From contig JBMNIW010000005.1 of assembly GCA_050951325.1 (NCBI GenBank), positions 256,024-320,023 of the forward strand: DNA of 64,000 nt, given 5' to 3'. Below the pieces are notes generated by a model. The model searched no databases. It was not told the origin of the DNA and saw only the letters and a program-made list of their open reading frames with translations. This stretch comes from Clostridia bacterium (GTDB taxonomy: Bacteria; Bacillota; Clostridia; UBA1212; DUPL01). The stretch's first letter is position 1, and each line of letters opens with the position of its first letter. The translations under genes were made by a program, and so were the position numbers. Positions 40,995-50,578 of the stretch are shown here, piece by piece.

Positions 40995-43334
40995 ATGGAA
41001 AAGTATGAAATCAGTATAAGAACATTGGTGGAGTTTATTCTCAGATACGGAGACATAACAACAAGCGACAAGCCGGGCCAAAATGTTGAAAGAGCCCAGT
41101 ATGGTGCCCATATCCATAAAAAACTTCAACAGGAATTTGAAAAAGAGAAAGATTACAACAAAGAAGCGTATGTAAGGCATACCTATGAAAAAAGTGATAT
41201 ATCCCTTACAGTCACCGGTCGTGCAGATGGCTGGTATATAACTGATGACAAATTGTACGTGGATGAAATAAAGACTGTGGAATTTGATTTGGAGATAATG
41301 GAGGAAATTGATCCATTGCATCTGGCTCAAGCCATGTGCTATGCATATGTTCTCTCATTAGATGAAAAGATGAATTCAATAGTTAATGTTATCTACTACA
41401 ACATTCACACTGATGAGAAAAGAATAATGCAAAAAGAGTATACTTTTGCCGAACTTGAGGAATTCTTTCTAAATCTCTGCGAGAGATACATATCCTGGAT
41501 TTCCTTCGACAGGGAAAGAAAAGTAAAATTACATGTGCAGTTAAAAGAATTGAAGTTTCCTTTTCCCATGTACAGAGAAGGACAGAGACAACTGTGCACT
41601 GCTGTATACAGGACAATAGAAAGGGAAAACAAGCTTCTTGTTCAAGCTCCTACCGGTATAGGAAAAACCATATCCGTATTGTTTCCATCTTTGAAAGCTG
41701 TAGCTGAAGGAAAGGGCGGGAGAATATTTTTTCTCACTGCGCGAAACGCAGGAGTTCTTGCCCCTCAGGATACGCTATTGATGCTTAATTCAAAAGCAAA
41801 TGATTTGTCATTTATAGCGCTGACAGCAAAGGAGAAGATATGTCCCTTTGAGCTTGCATGTAATCCAGAGGATTGCGAATACGCAAAAGGACATTATGAC
41901 AGAATAAATGATGCGGTATTTGAAAGCATCAATAATTACCGCCTATTTACAAGAGATGTTATTGAAAAGATATCGAAAAAACATAAGGTGTGTCCTTTTG
42001 AGTTTTCCTTGGATGTTTCCGAGTGGGTGGATGTTGTTATTGGCGACTACAACTATCTTTTTGACCCCAGGGTCTACTTGAAACGCTTCTTTTCAAGCAA
42101 GCAGGACCATGTTTTTTTAGTAGATGAAGCGCACAACTTGATTGACAGAACTAGGGATATGTATACCCAGAAACTGTATAAAAAGTCGTTTTCAGAGGTT
42201 AGGAAGAAGTTTAAAGACAGAGAAAATGGCAGGAATGTATACAACAAAGCAGGCAAAGTCATTCGTTATTTTAATAAATTGAATAAAAGCCTTGACGACA
42301 AAGATTATGTCGTAACCGAAGAGTTTGACAATACCATGTACATGCTCGTTAACGACTTCACGGTCTGTTTGACGGAGTTTCTTCATAAGGTGGGTAGTGA
42401 CGACGAAAAAGTAACAGAGCTTTTCATGAACTGTCTTTTCTTCTGCAAACTTTTAGAGATATATGATGAAAGGTTCTGCTATTACACACGAAAAGAAAAT
42501 AGTGATATTTTTGCTTGCGTGTATCTTGCTGATCCTTCAAAAATAATTGGGGAGACACTGGAGCTTGGAAGAAGTGCAATTTTGTTTTCTGGTACATTGG
42601 AACCTCTTCAATATTATTATCAAGGGTTTGGAGTAAAGGAAGATGACAAAATATTTTCCGTTTCGTCTCCGTTCCCAAAAGAGAACAGAAAGGTCTTCAT
42701 TTGCACGGATGTTTCGACCCGGTACAAAAAAAGGGCATTTTATTATGAATTGATTGCAGAATATATACTGGGGTTGGCATCTCTTCAAAAAGGAAACTTC
42801 ATAGTTTACTTCAGTTCATACAGATATTTAAAGGATGTAGCAAATTGTCTTCCTGCCGAGCTTATGGATATAACTGTGTTTATACAACCCCAGACACAGG
42901 ATCCTGATGAAAGAGAACAGTTTGTCCATGATTTCAAATCAGAACCGGATGGTGTCAGGATAGGTCTTTGTGTTCTTGGAGGAATATATTCCGAAGGTAT
43001 TGACCTTGCAGGTGACAGACTTGGTGGGGTAATTGTGGTTGGAGTTGGACTGCCTCAGGTATGCTTGGAAAGAGATATTATTAAGATGGTGTATGATAGA
43101 AACCAATGGGGCAGCGGTTTTATGAATGCTTATGTTTTTCCAGGTATAAACAAGGTTCTTCAGGCAGCGGGAAGAGTTATTCGAACTGAAACAGACAAAG
43201 GATTTATTGTGCTGTTGGATGAAAGATTTAATGAAAACCCGTATAAATCGTTACTGCCTGAAGATATGAAATCTGGATGTTTATACAATAAAAATGATTG
43301 TATTAAGGAAATAAAAAAGTTAATGGAAAGTTAA
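40995..43334 (+). CDS. Rad3/XPD(DinG)-family ATP-dependent helicase with N-terminal RecB-like PD-(D/E)xK nuclease domain
   Basis: The N-terminus carries nuclease motifs (GRADGWYITDD, DEIKT, QAMCYAY = QxxxY). Helicase motifs follow: Walker A VQAPTGIGKT, DEAH box FLVDEAHNL, and C-terminal Q..GRVIR. The start at MEKYEISI lies 1 nt after the hemW stop. Confidence 0.75.
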   Translation: MEKYEISIRTLVEFILRYGDITTSDKPGQNVERAQYGAHIHKKLQQEFEKEKDYNKEAYVRHTYEKSDISLTVTGRADGWYITDDKLYVDEIKTVEFDLEIMEEIDPLHLAQAMCYAYVLSLDEKMNSIVNVIYYNIHTDEKRIMQKEYTFAELEEFFLNLCERYISWISFDRERKVKLHVQLKELKFPFPMYREGQRQLCTAVYRTIERENKLLVQAPTGIGKTISVLFPSLKAVAEGKGGRIFFLTARNAGVLAPQDTLLMLNSKANDLSFIALTAKEKICPFELACNPEDCEYAKGHYDRINDAVFESINNYRLFTRDVIEKISKKHKVCPFEFSLDVSEWVDVVIGDYNYLFDPRVYLKRFFSSKQDHVFLVDEAHNLIDRTRDMYTQKLYKKSFSEVRKKFKDRENGRNVYNKAGKVIRYFNKLNKSLDDKDYVVTEEFDNTMYMLVNDFTVCLTEFLHKVGSDDEKVTELFMNCLFFCKLLEIYDERFCYYTRKENSDIFACVYLADPSKIIGETLELGRSAILFSGTLEPLQYYYQGFGVKEDDKIFSVSSPFPKENRKVFICTDVSTRYKKRAFYYELIAEYILGLASLQKGNFIVYFSSYRYLKDVANCLPAELMDITVFIQPQTQDPDEREQFVHDFKSEPDGVRIGLCVLGGIYSEGIDLAGDRLGGVIVVGVGLPQVCLERDIIKMVYDRNQWGSGFMNAYVFPGINKVLQAAGRVIRTETDKGFIVLLDERFNENPYKSLLPEDMKSGCLYNKNDCIKEIKKLMES

Positions 43335-43462
43335 CCACTAATGCTTATAATCCGGTGGGTTTTGGGTTCCATTTAATTGACTTAATTTACTAGTTGTTAT
43401 ATAATTGAATAGATTTGGATTTAATTTAAGAATGATTATCTAAGAACTTTAGGGGTGTAGCA

Positions 43463-44851
43463 ATGGATATAAGAGAAAGAATTTTGGGCATTTTTGATGA
43501 AGCATCTTTTGTAGAAATAGATGCATTCCTCCAATCTCGTCAATCGACGTCTGATGACAGCGCCAAAGGTGACGGGGTATTGTCCGGATATGGTACTATA
43601 AACGGAAGACTAGTCTATGTGGCTGCACAAGACAGGAACTTCTTAGGAGGTGCATTGGGAGAGATTCATGCATCAAAAATTGCAAGAGCTATCAACATGG
43701 CAGTATCTGTCGGTGCGCCTGTATTCCTTGTATTTGATTCACAAGGCGCAAGACTAAAAGAAGGCCTGTTGGCACTCAATGGATATGGTGAAATAATGCA
43801 GGCTGTTTCAAACGCATCAGGAATGGTTCCTGTAATATCCGTTTGTTGTGGCAACGCATACGGATTGACATCCTACGCATTGGAAATGGCTGATTTTGTG
43901 ATTATGACAGATAATGGCCGCATGGCTGTTACTACTCCTGCTGTCATAAAGGCATCCGACAAAAATGCAGGCGACGAGGTTGGAAATGCAAACTTTAATG
44001 AAAAAGTCAGCGGCAACGCAGACCTTGTTTGCACCGACGCAGAATTACCTTATATTTTGCGCAAACTGGTTTCCTTGCTCCCTGACAACAATTTGACTGG
44101 TGCACCTCAAGTTGAATGTACGGATGATTTGAACAGAAGTTTGGATATAAATACTGATGACCTTGACATACGCAACTGGTTACTACAAATTGCTGATATT
44201 GATTCATATTTCGAACTGAAACAGAATTATGCAACTGAAATAATTACAGCATTTATAAGGCTTAACGGAAGGGTTGTTGGAACTGTTGCCAACAATGGAC
44301 TTCTTACCGGGGAAGCCATGAGCAAAGCTGCAAGGTTTGTGAGATTCTGCGACACATTTAATATTCCTGTGTTGACCCTGACAAATGCTGAAGGGTTTGT
44401 AAAAAACCAGGAAGAGGAAGAAAATGGAATTGTAAGAAATGCTGCAAAACTTGCTCATGCTTTTGCTGGCTGCACTGTTCCAAAAGTGAATGTGGTTTTG
44501 AACAAGGCATATGGCGGAGCTTATGTTTTAATGAACAGCAAGCACCTGGGCTCGGATTTGGTATATGCCCTTGAAAATGCAGTAATAGCTCCACTTTCCG
44601 ATGTGGCATCTGCAGTTATGCTGTTCCAGGATGAAATTGCAACAAGTGATGATCCTGTAAAAACCAGAGAAGAAAAGGCTCAGGAATATGCAGAAAAATA
44701 TGCAAACCCATACGAGGCTGCAAAACTGGGTTATGTTGATGACATCATCAGACCAGAAGAACTGCGTGTGCGCGTGATTAGCGCATTTGAAATGCTTCTT
44801 GGAAAGAGAAAGCACTCCTTGCCAAGAAAGCACATTAATGTCAATTTATAA
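43463..44851 (+). CDS. acyl-CoA carboxyltransferase (12S/PccB/MmdA-like carboxyl transferase domain protein), divergent
   Basis: The crotonase-fold double domain is homologous to propionyl-CoA carboxylase beta. The C-domain motifs are conserved (SKAARFVRFCDTFNIPVLTL, KAYGGAYVLM). The N-domain oxyanion region is diverged (VCCGNAYGL). Confidence 0.8.
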   Translation: MDIRERILGIFDEASFVEIDAFLQSRQSTSDDSAKGDGVLSGYGTINGRLVYVAAQDRNFLGGALGEIHASKIARAINMAVSVGAPVFLVFDSQGARLKEGLLALNGYGEIMQAVSNASGMVPVISVCCGNAYGLTSYALEMADFVIMTDNGRMAVTTPAVIKASDKNAGDEVGNANFNEKVSGNADLVCTDAELPYILRKLVSLLPDNNLTGAPQVECTDDLNRSLDINTDDLDIRNWLLQIADIDSYFELKQNYATEIITAFIRLNGRVVGTVANNGLLTGEAMSKAARFVRFCDTFNIPVLTLTNAEGFVKNQEEEENGIVRNAAKLAHAFAGCTVPKVNVVLNKAYGGAYVLMNSKHLGSDLVYALENAVIAPLSDVASAVMLFQDEIATSDDPVKTREEKAQEYAEKYANPYEAAKLGYVDDIIRPEELRVRVISAFEMLLGKRKHSLPRKHINVNL

Positions 44852-44871
44852 CTTTAACGGAGGTAATATAG

Positions 44872-45279
44872 ATGAAAAAATATGTTGTTACAGTAAATGG
44901 CACTTCCTATGAGGTTATGGTAGAGGAAGTTTCTGATAGTGGTAATGTAGCTCCACAAGCAACTCAAGTTGTCAAACAAGAACCTGTTGCAAAGGCTGAA
45001 CCTGCACCAGCTCCCGCACAACCGAAACCAACAGCTCCAAAGCCGATATCAACAGGCACTGCAGGAGCAAAAGACTTGAATTGCCCAATGCCAGGCACTA
45101 TCGTTAAGATTGCCGTTAAACCAGGGGATTCCTTGAAGAAGGGAGATTTAATTTTGGTACTGGAAGCAATGAAGATGGAGAACGACATTGTGGCTTCTGA
45201 AGATTGTGTTGTTGCATCTGTAAATGTACAACAGGGTGCTTCCGTTAACTCAGGTGACGTTCTAATAACATATAACTAA
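44872..45279 (+). CDS. biotin carboxyl carrier subunit (1.3S/MmdC/GcdC-like biotin-requiring protein)
   Basis: Ala/Pro-rich linker, then a biotinyl domain with EAMKMEN (the AMKM biotinylation lysine). Confidence 0.8.
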   Translation: MKKYVVTVNGTSYEVMVEEVSDSGNVAPQATQVVKQEPVAKAEPAPAPAQPKPTAPKPISTGTAGAKDLNCPMPGTIVKIAVKPGDSLKKGDLILVLEAMKMENDIVASEDCVVASVNVQQGASVNSGDVLITYN

Positions 45280-45293
45280 GCGAGGGTTGATAA

Positions 45294-46691
45294 ATGGCTA
45301 AAGTAAGAATAACTGAAACAGTATTGCGAGATGCTCATCAATCTCTTATTGCAACAAGAATGAAAACTGATGAGATGTTGCCAATCATTGAAAAGCTTGA
45401 CAAGGTGGGGTACAACGCTCTTGAAGCTTGGGGAGGAGCAACCTTCGACGCATCATTAAGATTCCTGAATGAAGATCCTTGGGAAAGGTTAAGAAAATTC
45501 AAGGACCATGCGAAGAACACTCCGCTTCAGATGCTGCTTAGGGGTCAGAACATACTTGGTTACAAACATTATGCGGACGATGTGGTTGAATACTTTGTAC
45601 AAAAGTCTGTGGCAAATGGTATAGATATCATAAGAATTTTTGATGCGCTTAATGACTTTAGAAATATAGAGAAGGCCATGAAGGCATGTATTAAAGAAGG
45701 TGGACACCCTCAAGGCTCTATTAGTTATACGATAAGCCCATACCACAGCCTTGAAGTATTTGTTGAAGATGCAAAAAGGCTTGAAAACATGGGTGCTCAA
45801 TCCATATGTATAAAGGACATGGCAGGTCTTCTGATTCCATACGAAGCGTACAACCTGGTTAAAGCCATCAAGGAAAATGTGTCTGTTCCAATAGAACTGC
45901 ACACCCACTATACCAGCGGCTGCGGTAGCATGACGTATCTAAAAGCCATTGAAGCCGGTGTGGACATAATAGACACTGCTATTTCACCTTTTGCATTGGG
46001 AACTTCACAGCCACCAACGGAACCAATAGTTGCAACCTTGAAAGGAACAGAATACGATACGGGGCTTGATTTAAATCTGCTCAGTGAGATTGCAGACTAC
46101 TTCAGACCTATAAGGGAGAAGTATCTGGAATCCAGCCAACTGGATCCAAAAGTGCTCGGCGTTGATATCAACACCCTTATATACCAGGTTCCCGGAGGAA
46201 TGTTGTCAAACTTGGTTTCACAGCTCAAGCAGGCCAATGCCATGGACAAATTCAACGATGTTCTGAATGAAGTACCAAGAGTTCGTGAAGATTTAGGATT
46301 CCCTCCACTTGTTACTCCTACAAGCCAGATTGTTGGAACGCAAGCTGTTTTGAATGTGCTTAGCGGTGAGAGATACAAGATGGTGCCAAAAGAAACAAAG
46401 GGGCTGGTAAAGGGTGAATATGGAAAAACTCCAGCACCAATAAAGGATGAAATTAAAGAGCTTATCTTAAAAGGTGAGAAGGAAATTACATGCAGACCTG
46501 CTGATTTGATTGAACCTGAGCTTGACAAGATAAGGGAAGAAATCAAGGAATATATTGAGCAGGATGAAGACGTTCTCACTTACGCTCTTTTCCCACAGCC
46601 AGCAGTAAATTACTTTAAATACAGGCAGGCACAAAAATACAACGTGGATGCGTCTGAAGCAGATTTTGAAAATTCAGTACATCCTGTATAA
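45294..46691 (+). CDS. oxaloacetate decarboxylase alpha / pyruvate carboxylase subunit B-type carboxyltransferase (5S-like, no biotin domain)
   Basis: HMGL-like TIM barrel (ITETVLRDAHQSL, EAWGGATFD, GxxSICIKDMAG) plus the conserved carboxylase domain. It ends without a biotinyl domain at 465 aa. Confidence 0.85.
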   Translation: MAKVRITETVLRDAHQSLIATRMKTDEMLPIIEKLDKVGYNALEAWGGATFDASLRFLNEDPWERLRKFKDHAKNTPLQMLLRGQNILGYKHYADDVVEYFVQKSVANGIDIIRIFDALNDFRNIEKAMKACIKEGGHPQGSISYTISPYHSLEVFVEDAKRLENMGAQSICIKDMAGLLIPYEAYNLVKAIKENVSVPIELHTHYTSGCGSMTYLKAIEAGVDIIDTAISPFALGTSQPPTEPIVATLKGTEYDTGLDLNLLSEIADYFRPIREKYLESSQLDPKVLGVDINTLIYQVPGGMLSNLVSQLKQANAMDKFNDVLNEVPRVREDLGFPPLVTPTSQIVGTQAVLNVLSGERYKMVPKETKGLVKGEYGKTPAPIKDEIKELILKGEKEITCRPADLIEPELDKIREEIKEYIEQDEDVLTYALFPQPAVNYFKYRQAQKYNVDASEADFENSVHPV

Positions 46692-46699
46692 GAAAAGAT

Positions 46700-46733
46700 T
46701 TGCGCTTATATTATTTTAAGCGCAATATTTTTT
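46700..46733 (+). terminator. Rho-independent terminator after the carboxylase cluster
   Basis: TTGCGCTTA / TAAGCGCAA inverted repeat followed by TATTTTTT. Confidence 0.55.
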
Positions 46734-46744
46734 AGGGAGAAAAT

Positions 46745-47968
46745 ATGTACGATTGTATAATAATTGGGGCCGGTGCGGCTGGTCTATTTTCAGCTCTGTC
46801 CGCATCGGAAACAGGAAAAAGAGTTCTGATACTTGAAAAAAACAACATACCAGGTAAAAAGATAAGGATAACAGGAAAGGGTAGATGCAACATTACCAAT
46901 TCCTGTTCTTTTGATGAATTGATTGAGAATATTCCCGGAAATGGTAAGTTTCTTTACTCAAGTTTATCAAGGTTCTCAAACTACGACATAATTGATACCT
47001 TTAATAGGCTGGGACTAGAGACAGTGGTCGAAAGGGGAAACAGGGTGTTTCCTGCATCCAATAAATCCATTGACGTTGTTAATGTACTTGTAAAAGAACT
47101 TGAAAGACGAAACGTTGAAATAAGATATAACTCCTGCGTTTGCAAAATTGTTTATGAAAATGAATATGTTAAGAGCGTATATGTAAATGACCAATTCATT
47201 GAGACCAAGAATTTAATAATAGCTACGGGAGGCTTATCTTATCCCGGAACAGGATCCACAGGAGATGGATACAGATTTGCAATAGAAGCAGGACATACGA
47301 TAGTTCCTACAAAACCTTCTCTTGTCCCACTTGTCTCATCAGACCAATGGATTAAGGAGCTGCAAGGGTTGTCATTAAAGAATATAAGATTGTCGTTGAT
47401 AAATAAGGATGGATGTTTTTACAGCGATTTTGGTGAAATGCTGTTTACTCATAACGGTATATCAGGACCTTTGGTTCTTACAGGCAGCCGACATTATATC
47501 TCACAACAATACAAAGAAATTATAGCCAGCATAGACTTGAAACCAGCTCTTGATGAAGAAAAACTAGACACTAGACTATTAAGAGACTTTGAAAAATATT
47601 CGAGGAAACAGCTAAAAAATGCTTTCAATGATCTTTTGCCTGCAAAAATGATTCCAGTTTTCGTAAACAGGCTTGATATTGATGATAATAAGACTGTAAA
47701 CCAGATAACCAGTTATGAAAGAAAGCAAATACTAACACTACTAAAAGACTTCAGGATAAATATCATTAGTCATGGTAAAATGGCTGAAGCTGTGGTAACA
47801 TCAGGTGGTGTATGCACGAAAGAAATTAATCCTAAAACAATGGAATCAAAGATAAAGAAAGGATTATTCTTTGCAGGTGAAGTAATTGATGTTGACGGAT
47901 ATACCGGTGGATTTAATTTGACAGTTGCTTTTTCCACTGGATATCTGGCAGGCAAATCTTTAAACTAG
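46745..47968 (+). CDS. HI0933-like / BaiN-like NAD(P)/FAD-dependent oxidoreductase (aminoacetone-oxidase family flavoprotein)
   Basis: GxGxxG FAD-binding motif (IIGAGAAGLFSA), with family length and pattern (KIRITGKGRCNITN, GEVIDVDGYTGGFNL). Confidence 0.8.
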   Translation: MYDCIIIGAGAAGLFSALSASETGKRVLILEKNNIPGKKIRITGKGRCNITNSCSFDELIENIPGNGKFLYSSLSRFSNYDIIDTFNRLGLETVVERGNRVFPASNKSIDVVNVLVKELERRNVEIRYNSCVCKIVYENEYVKSVYVNDQFIETKNLIIATGGLSYPGTGSTGDGYRFAIEAGHTIVPTKPSLVPLVSSDQWIKELQGLSLKNIRLSLINKDGCFYSDFGEMLFTHNGISGPLVLTGSRHYISQQYKEIIASIDLKPALDEEKLDTRLLRDFEKYSRKQLKNAFNDLLPAKMIPVFVNRLDIDDNKTVNQITSYERKQILTLLKDFRINIISHGKMAEAVVTSGGVCTKEINPKTMESKIKKGLFFAGEVIDVDGYTGGFNLTVAFSTGYLAGKSLN

Positions 47969-48024
47969 TGAATATATTTTTTATTTGCTCATAAAATTTA
48001 TAAAGCATGATTTTTGGTGATATT

Positions 48025-48486
48025 ATGAGCAAATTCAAAGTATTTATTATATCTTTATGGATACTAACATTGATATTTGTTTTCAATGGCTTTGGTTATA
48101 AAGGCATTGAGTTTGATGACATTGTACAGAATTATCCAGAAACAGAGCTGGCAAGCCTAAATGATGCGAGAATGAATTTTAAGGAAGGTCACGGTATCAT
48201 ACAGATTAAGGTAACCAACCTCAGCAGCAGTGGAAAGAAAAGAGGGGGAGTATACGTATCTGTAAACGGTACGATAAAGCTTAACATTACAACTCAGGAT
48301 CCTAGAAACTTAAGAGTCAAGGCAAACGATATAATTATTGTAAAAGGCCATGATCTGGCTGGAAACGCAACAGTGACAATATCAGATGTTGCAGGATTCA
48401 TTGAGCATGATGTAAAAGGTCAGACAATAGAGGTTGGAAATCTGGCAAAATATTTTGTTACAATCAAGCCTCAGCCAATGGATTGA
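48025..48486 (+). CDS. hypothetical exported/membrane-anchored protein
   Basis: An N-terminal hydrophobic segment (KVFIISLWILTLIFVF) precedes a beta-rich domain. SD GGTGA lies 6 nt before the ATG. No homolog is recognised. Confidence 0.45.
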   Translation: MSKFKVFIISLWILTLIFVFNGFGYKGIEFDDIVQNYPETELASLNDARMNFKEGHGIIQIKVTNLSSSGKKRGGVYVSVNGTIKLNITTQDPRNLRVKANDIIIVKGHDLAGNATVTISDVAGFIEHDVKGQTIEVGNLAKYFVTIKPQPMD

Positions 48487-48538
48487 CAATAATTTGGCGG
48501 GGATATATACTAATAAAGTTAATATGTGGAGGTAATTT

Positions 48539-49027
48539 ATGAAAGCAATAATTGAGATGGAAAACAAGGATAGAATCGAAATTGAACTATATGAAGATAT
48601 TGCTCCAGTTACTGTTGCAAATTTTGTGAAACTGGCTGAAGAAGGTTTCTACAATGGACTAATATTCCATAGAGTTATTAAAGACTTCATGATACAGGGT
48701 GGATGCCCTTATGGTACAGGAACAGGAGGTCCCGGATATACTATCAAAGGAGAGTTCAATGCGAATGGATTCCTGAACCCTTTGAAACATACACGCGGTG
48801 TTATCTCAATGGCAAGAGCCTTTGATCCTAATTCAGCAGGCTCACAATTCTTCATCATGCACAAAGATGCACCTCACCTTGATGGAAGCTATGCCGCTTT
48901 CGGCAAAGTAGTGAAAGGCATTGAGGTTGTAGACAAAATTGCTGAAACTGAAACTGACATGAGGGACAAGCCTTTTGCAGATCAGAAGATAAATAAAATA
49001 ATAATTGAGAGAGGCGATGTAAATTGA
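48539..49027 (+). CDS. ppiB: peptidyl-prolyl cis-trans isomerase, cyclophilin type
   Basis: Cyclophilin signature [13 protein letters not shown]...[10 protein letters not shown]...SMAR...QFFI. 162 aa. Confidence 0.9.
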   Translation: MKAIIEMENKDRIEIELYEDIAPVTVANFVKLAEEGFYNGLIFHRVIKDFMIQGGCPYGTGTGGPGYTIKGEFNANGFLNPLKHTRGVISMARAFDPNSAGSQFFIMHKDAPHLDGSYAAFGKVVKGIEVVDKIAETETDMRDKPFADQKINKIIIERGDVN

Positions 49028-50028
49028 CTATTCTTGTAACTGGTGGTGCCGGATATATCGGAAGCCACGCCTGCGTTGAGTTATTAAATAGTGGTCATGA
49101 CATTGTTGTTTTTGACAATTATTACAACAGTTCTCCAGAAGTTTTGGACAGAATCAAGGAAATAACCGGAAGATCATTTTTGGCATATGAATGCGACATG
49201 CTTGATGAAGAAGCCATGGAGAGAATTTTTTCCGAGAACAAGATTGATGCTGTTATGCATTTTGCAGGATACAAGGCAGTAGGGGAGTCCTGTGAAAAAC
49301 CTCTCATGTATTATCACAATAATATCCAAGGAACCCTTACCATATTGAATGCAATGGCAAGACACAATGTAAAGAAATTTGTCTTCAGCTCCTCTGCAAC
49401 AGTTTACGGTGATCCTCAAAGCGTTCCCATAGATGAAACATTCCCTTTATCAGCTACAAATCCATACGGAAGAACTAAATTAATGATTGAGGAGATGTTA
49501 AGAGATCTCTATGCTGCAGACAATTCATGGTCTATTATTCTGCTTAGATATTTTAATCCTGTAGGCGCTCATGAGAGTTATATGATAGGAGAGAATCCGA
49601 AAGGAATACCCAATAACCTTATGCCAATGATAAATAAAGTAGCGCAGCAAGAACTCCCTGTATTAAAGATTTTTGGTAATGATTACAATACAAAAGACGG
49701 AACAGGTGTAAGAGACTATATTCATGTTGTTGATTTGGCCAAGGGACATGTCAAAGCAATTGAATATATAGAAAACTACAATACAATTGAAAGCATTAAT
49801 TTAGGGACAGGAAAAGGTTATTCCGTTCTTGAAATGGTACATACCTATATGAGGGTAAACAATGTTGCTGTAAATTATATATTTACAGATAGAAGACCTG
49901 GGGATATTGCGGAGTGTTATGCAAATCCTGAAAAAGCATTAAGATTGCTCAACTGGAAGGCTGAGTATGATTTGGAAAAAATGTGCCGAGACAGTTATCT
50001 TTGGAGTGTAAGCGCAACCAAGAGGTGA
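49024..50028 (+). CDS. galE: UDP-glucose 4-epimerase
   Basis: The TTG start overlaps the ppiB stop. [15 protein letters not shown], a YxxxK catalytic motif, and GalE-specific C-terminus. 334 aa. Confidence 0.9.
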   Translation: MTILVTGGAGYIGSHACVELLNSGHDIVVFDNYYNSSPEVLDRIKEITGRSFLAYECDMLDEEAMERIFSENKIDAVMHFAGYKAVGESCEKPLMYYHNNIQGTLTILNAMARHNVKKFVFSSSATVYGDPQSVPIDETFPLSATNPYGRTKLMIEEMLRDLYAADNSWSIILLRYFNPVGAHESYMIGENPKGIPNNLMPMINKVAQQELPVLKIFGNDYNTKDGTGVRDYIHVVDLAKGHVKAIEYIENYNTIESINLGTGKGYSVLEMVHTYMRVNNVAVNYIFTDRRPGDIAECYANPEKALRLLNWKAEYDLEKMCRDSYLWSVSATKR

Positions 50029-50029
50029 T

Positions 50030-50575
50030 ATGATGTTGAACAAAAAAAATACAGGAGGAATCTTTCTTTTCATAAACAGCATATTGTACCTGCTTCTTTC
50101 TGTGTTTTATATAGTAACACCGTTACACGACTTTTTGTCACATATAATTGTAACCGGTACTGTGCTCATGGTCTGCGGTCTTGTATGTATTACCGCATTT
50201 ATAAGTAATCCAAGAGCATATTTCAGACCTGGATGGATACTGTCTCAGGGATTTTTGCAAATCCTACTAGGATTTTATATCCTCTACAACAGACTTGTAA
50301 CAAACTACGATTCGTATTTCATCATTTTTGGTCTTTGGGCATTGTTTACAGGAATTGCCCAAATATCGGTTTCAATTCAAATACGGGCTCTTGATATTAG
50401 CAGATGGCATTTTGTATTCTCAATAGGTCTATTCAATCTGATAATAGGTATGCTTATGATGCTCAACTTGTTCAAATTTATTGATCTTTTGTTTGTTTAC
50501 ACCGCTATTTACTTGATGTCACTTAGTATAAGCTATGTATTGGAGTTCTTTGTATATAGAAAGGGTAGTGCATAA
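50030..50575 (+). CDS. HdeD/DUF308-like small polytopic membrane protein
   Basis: About six TM helices in 181 aa. The start lies 2 nt after the galE stop. Confidence 0.5.
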   Translation: MMLNKKNTGGIFLFINSILYLLLSVFYIVTPLHDFLSHIIVTGTVLMVCGLVCITAFISNPRAYFRPGWILSQGFLQILLGFYILYNRLVTNYDSYFIIFGLWALFTGIAQISVSIQIRALDISRWHFVFSIGLFNLIIGMLMMLNLFKFIDLLFVYTAIYLMSLSISYVLEFFVYRKGSA

Positions 50576-50578
50576 ACA

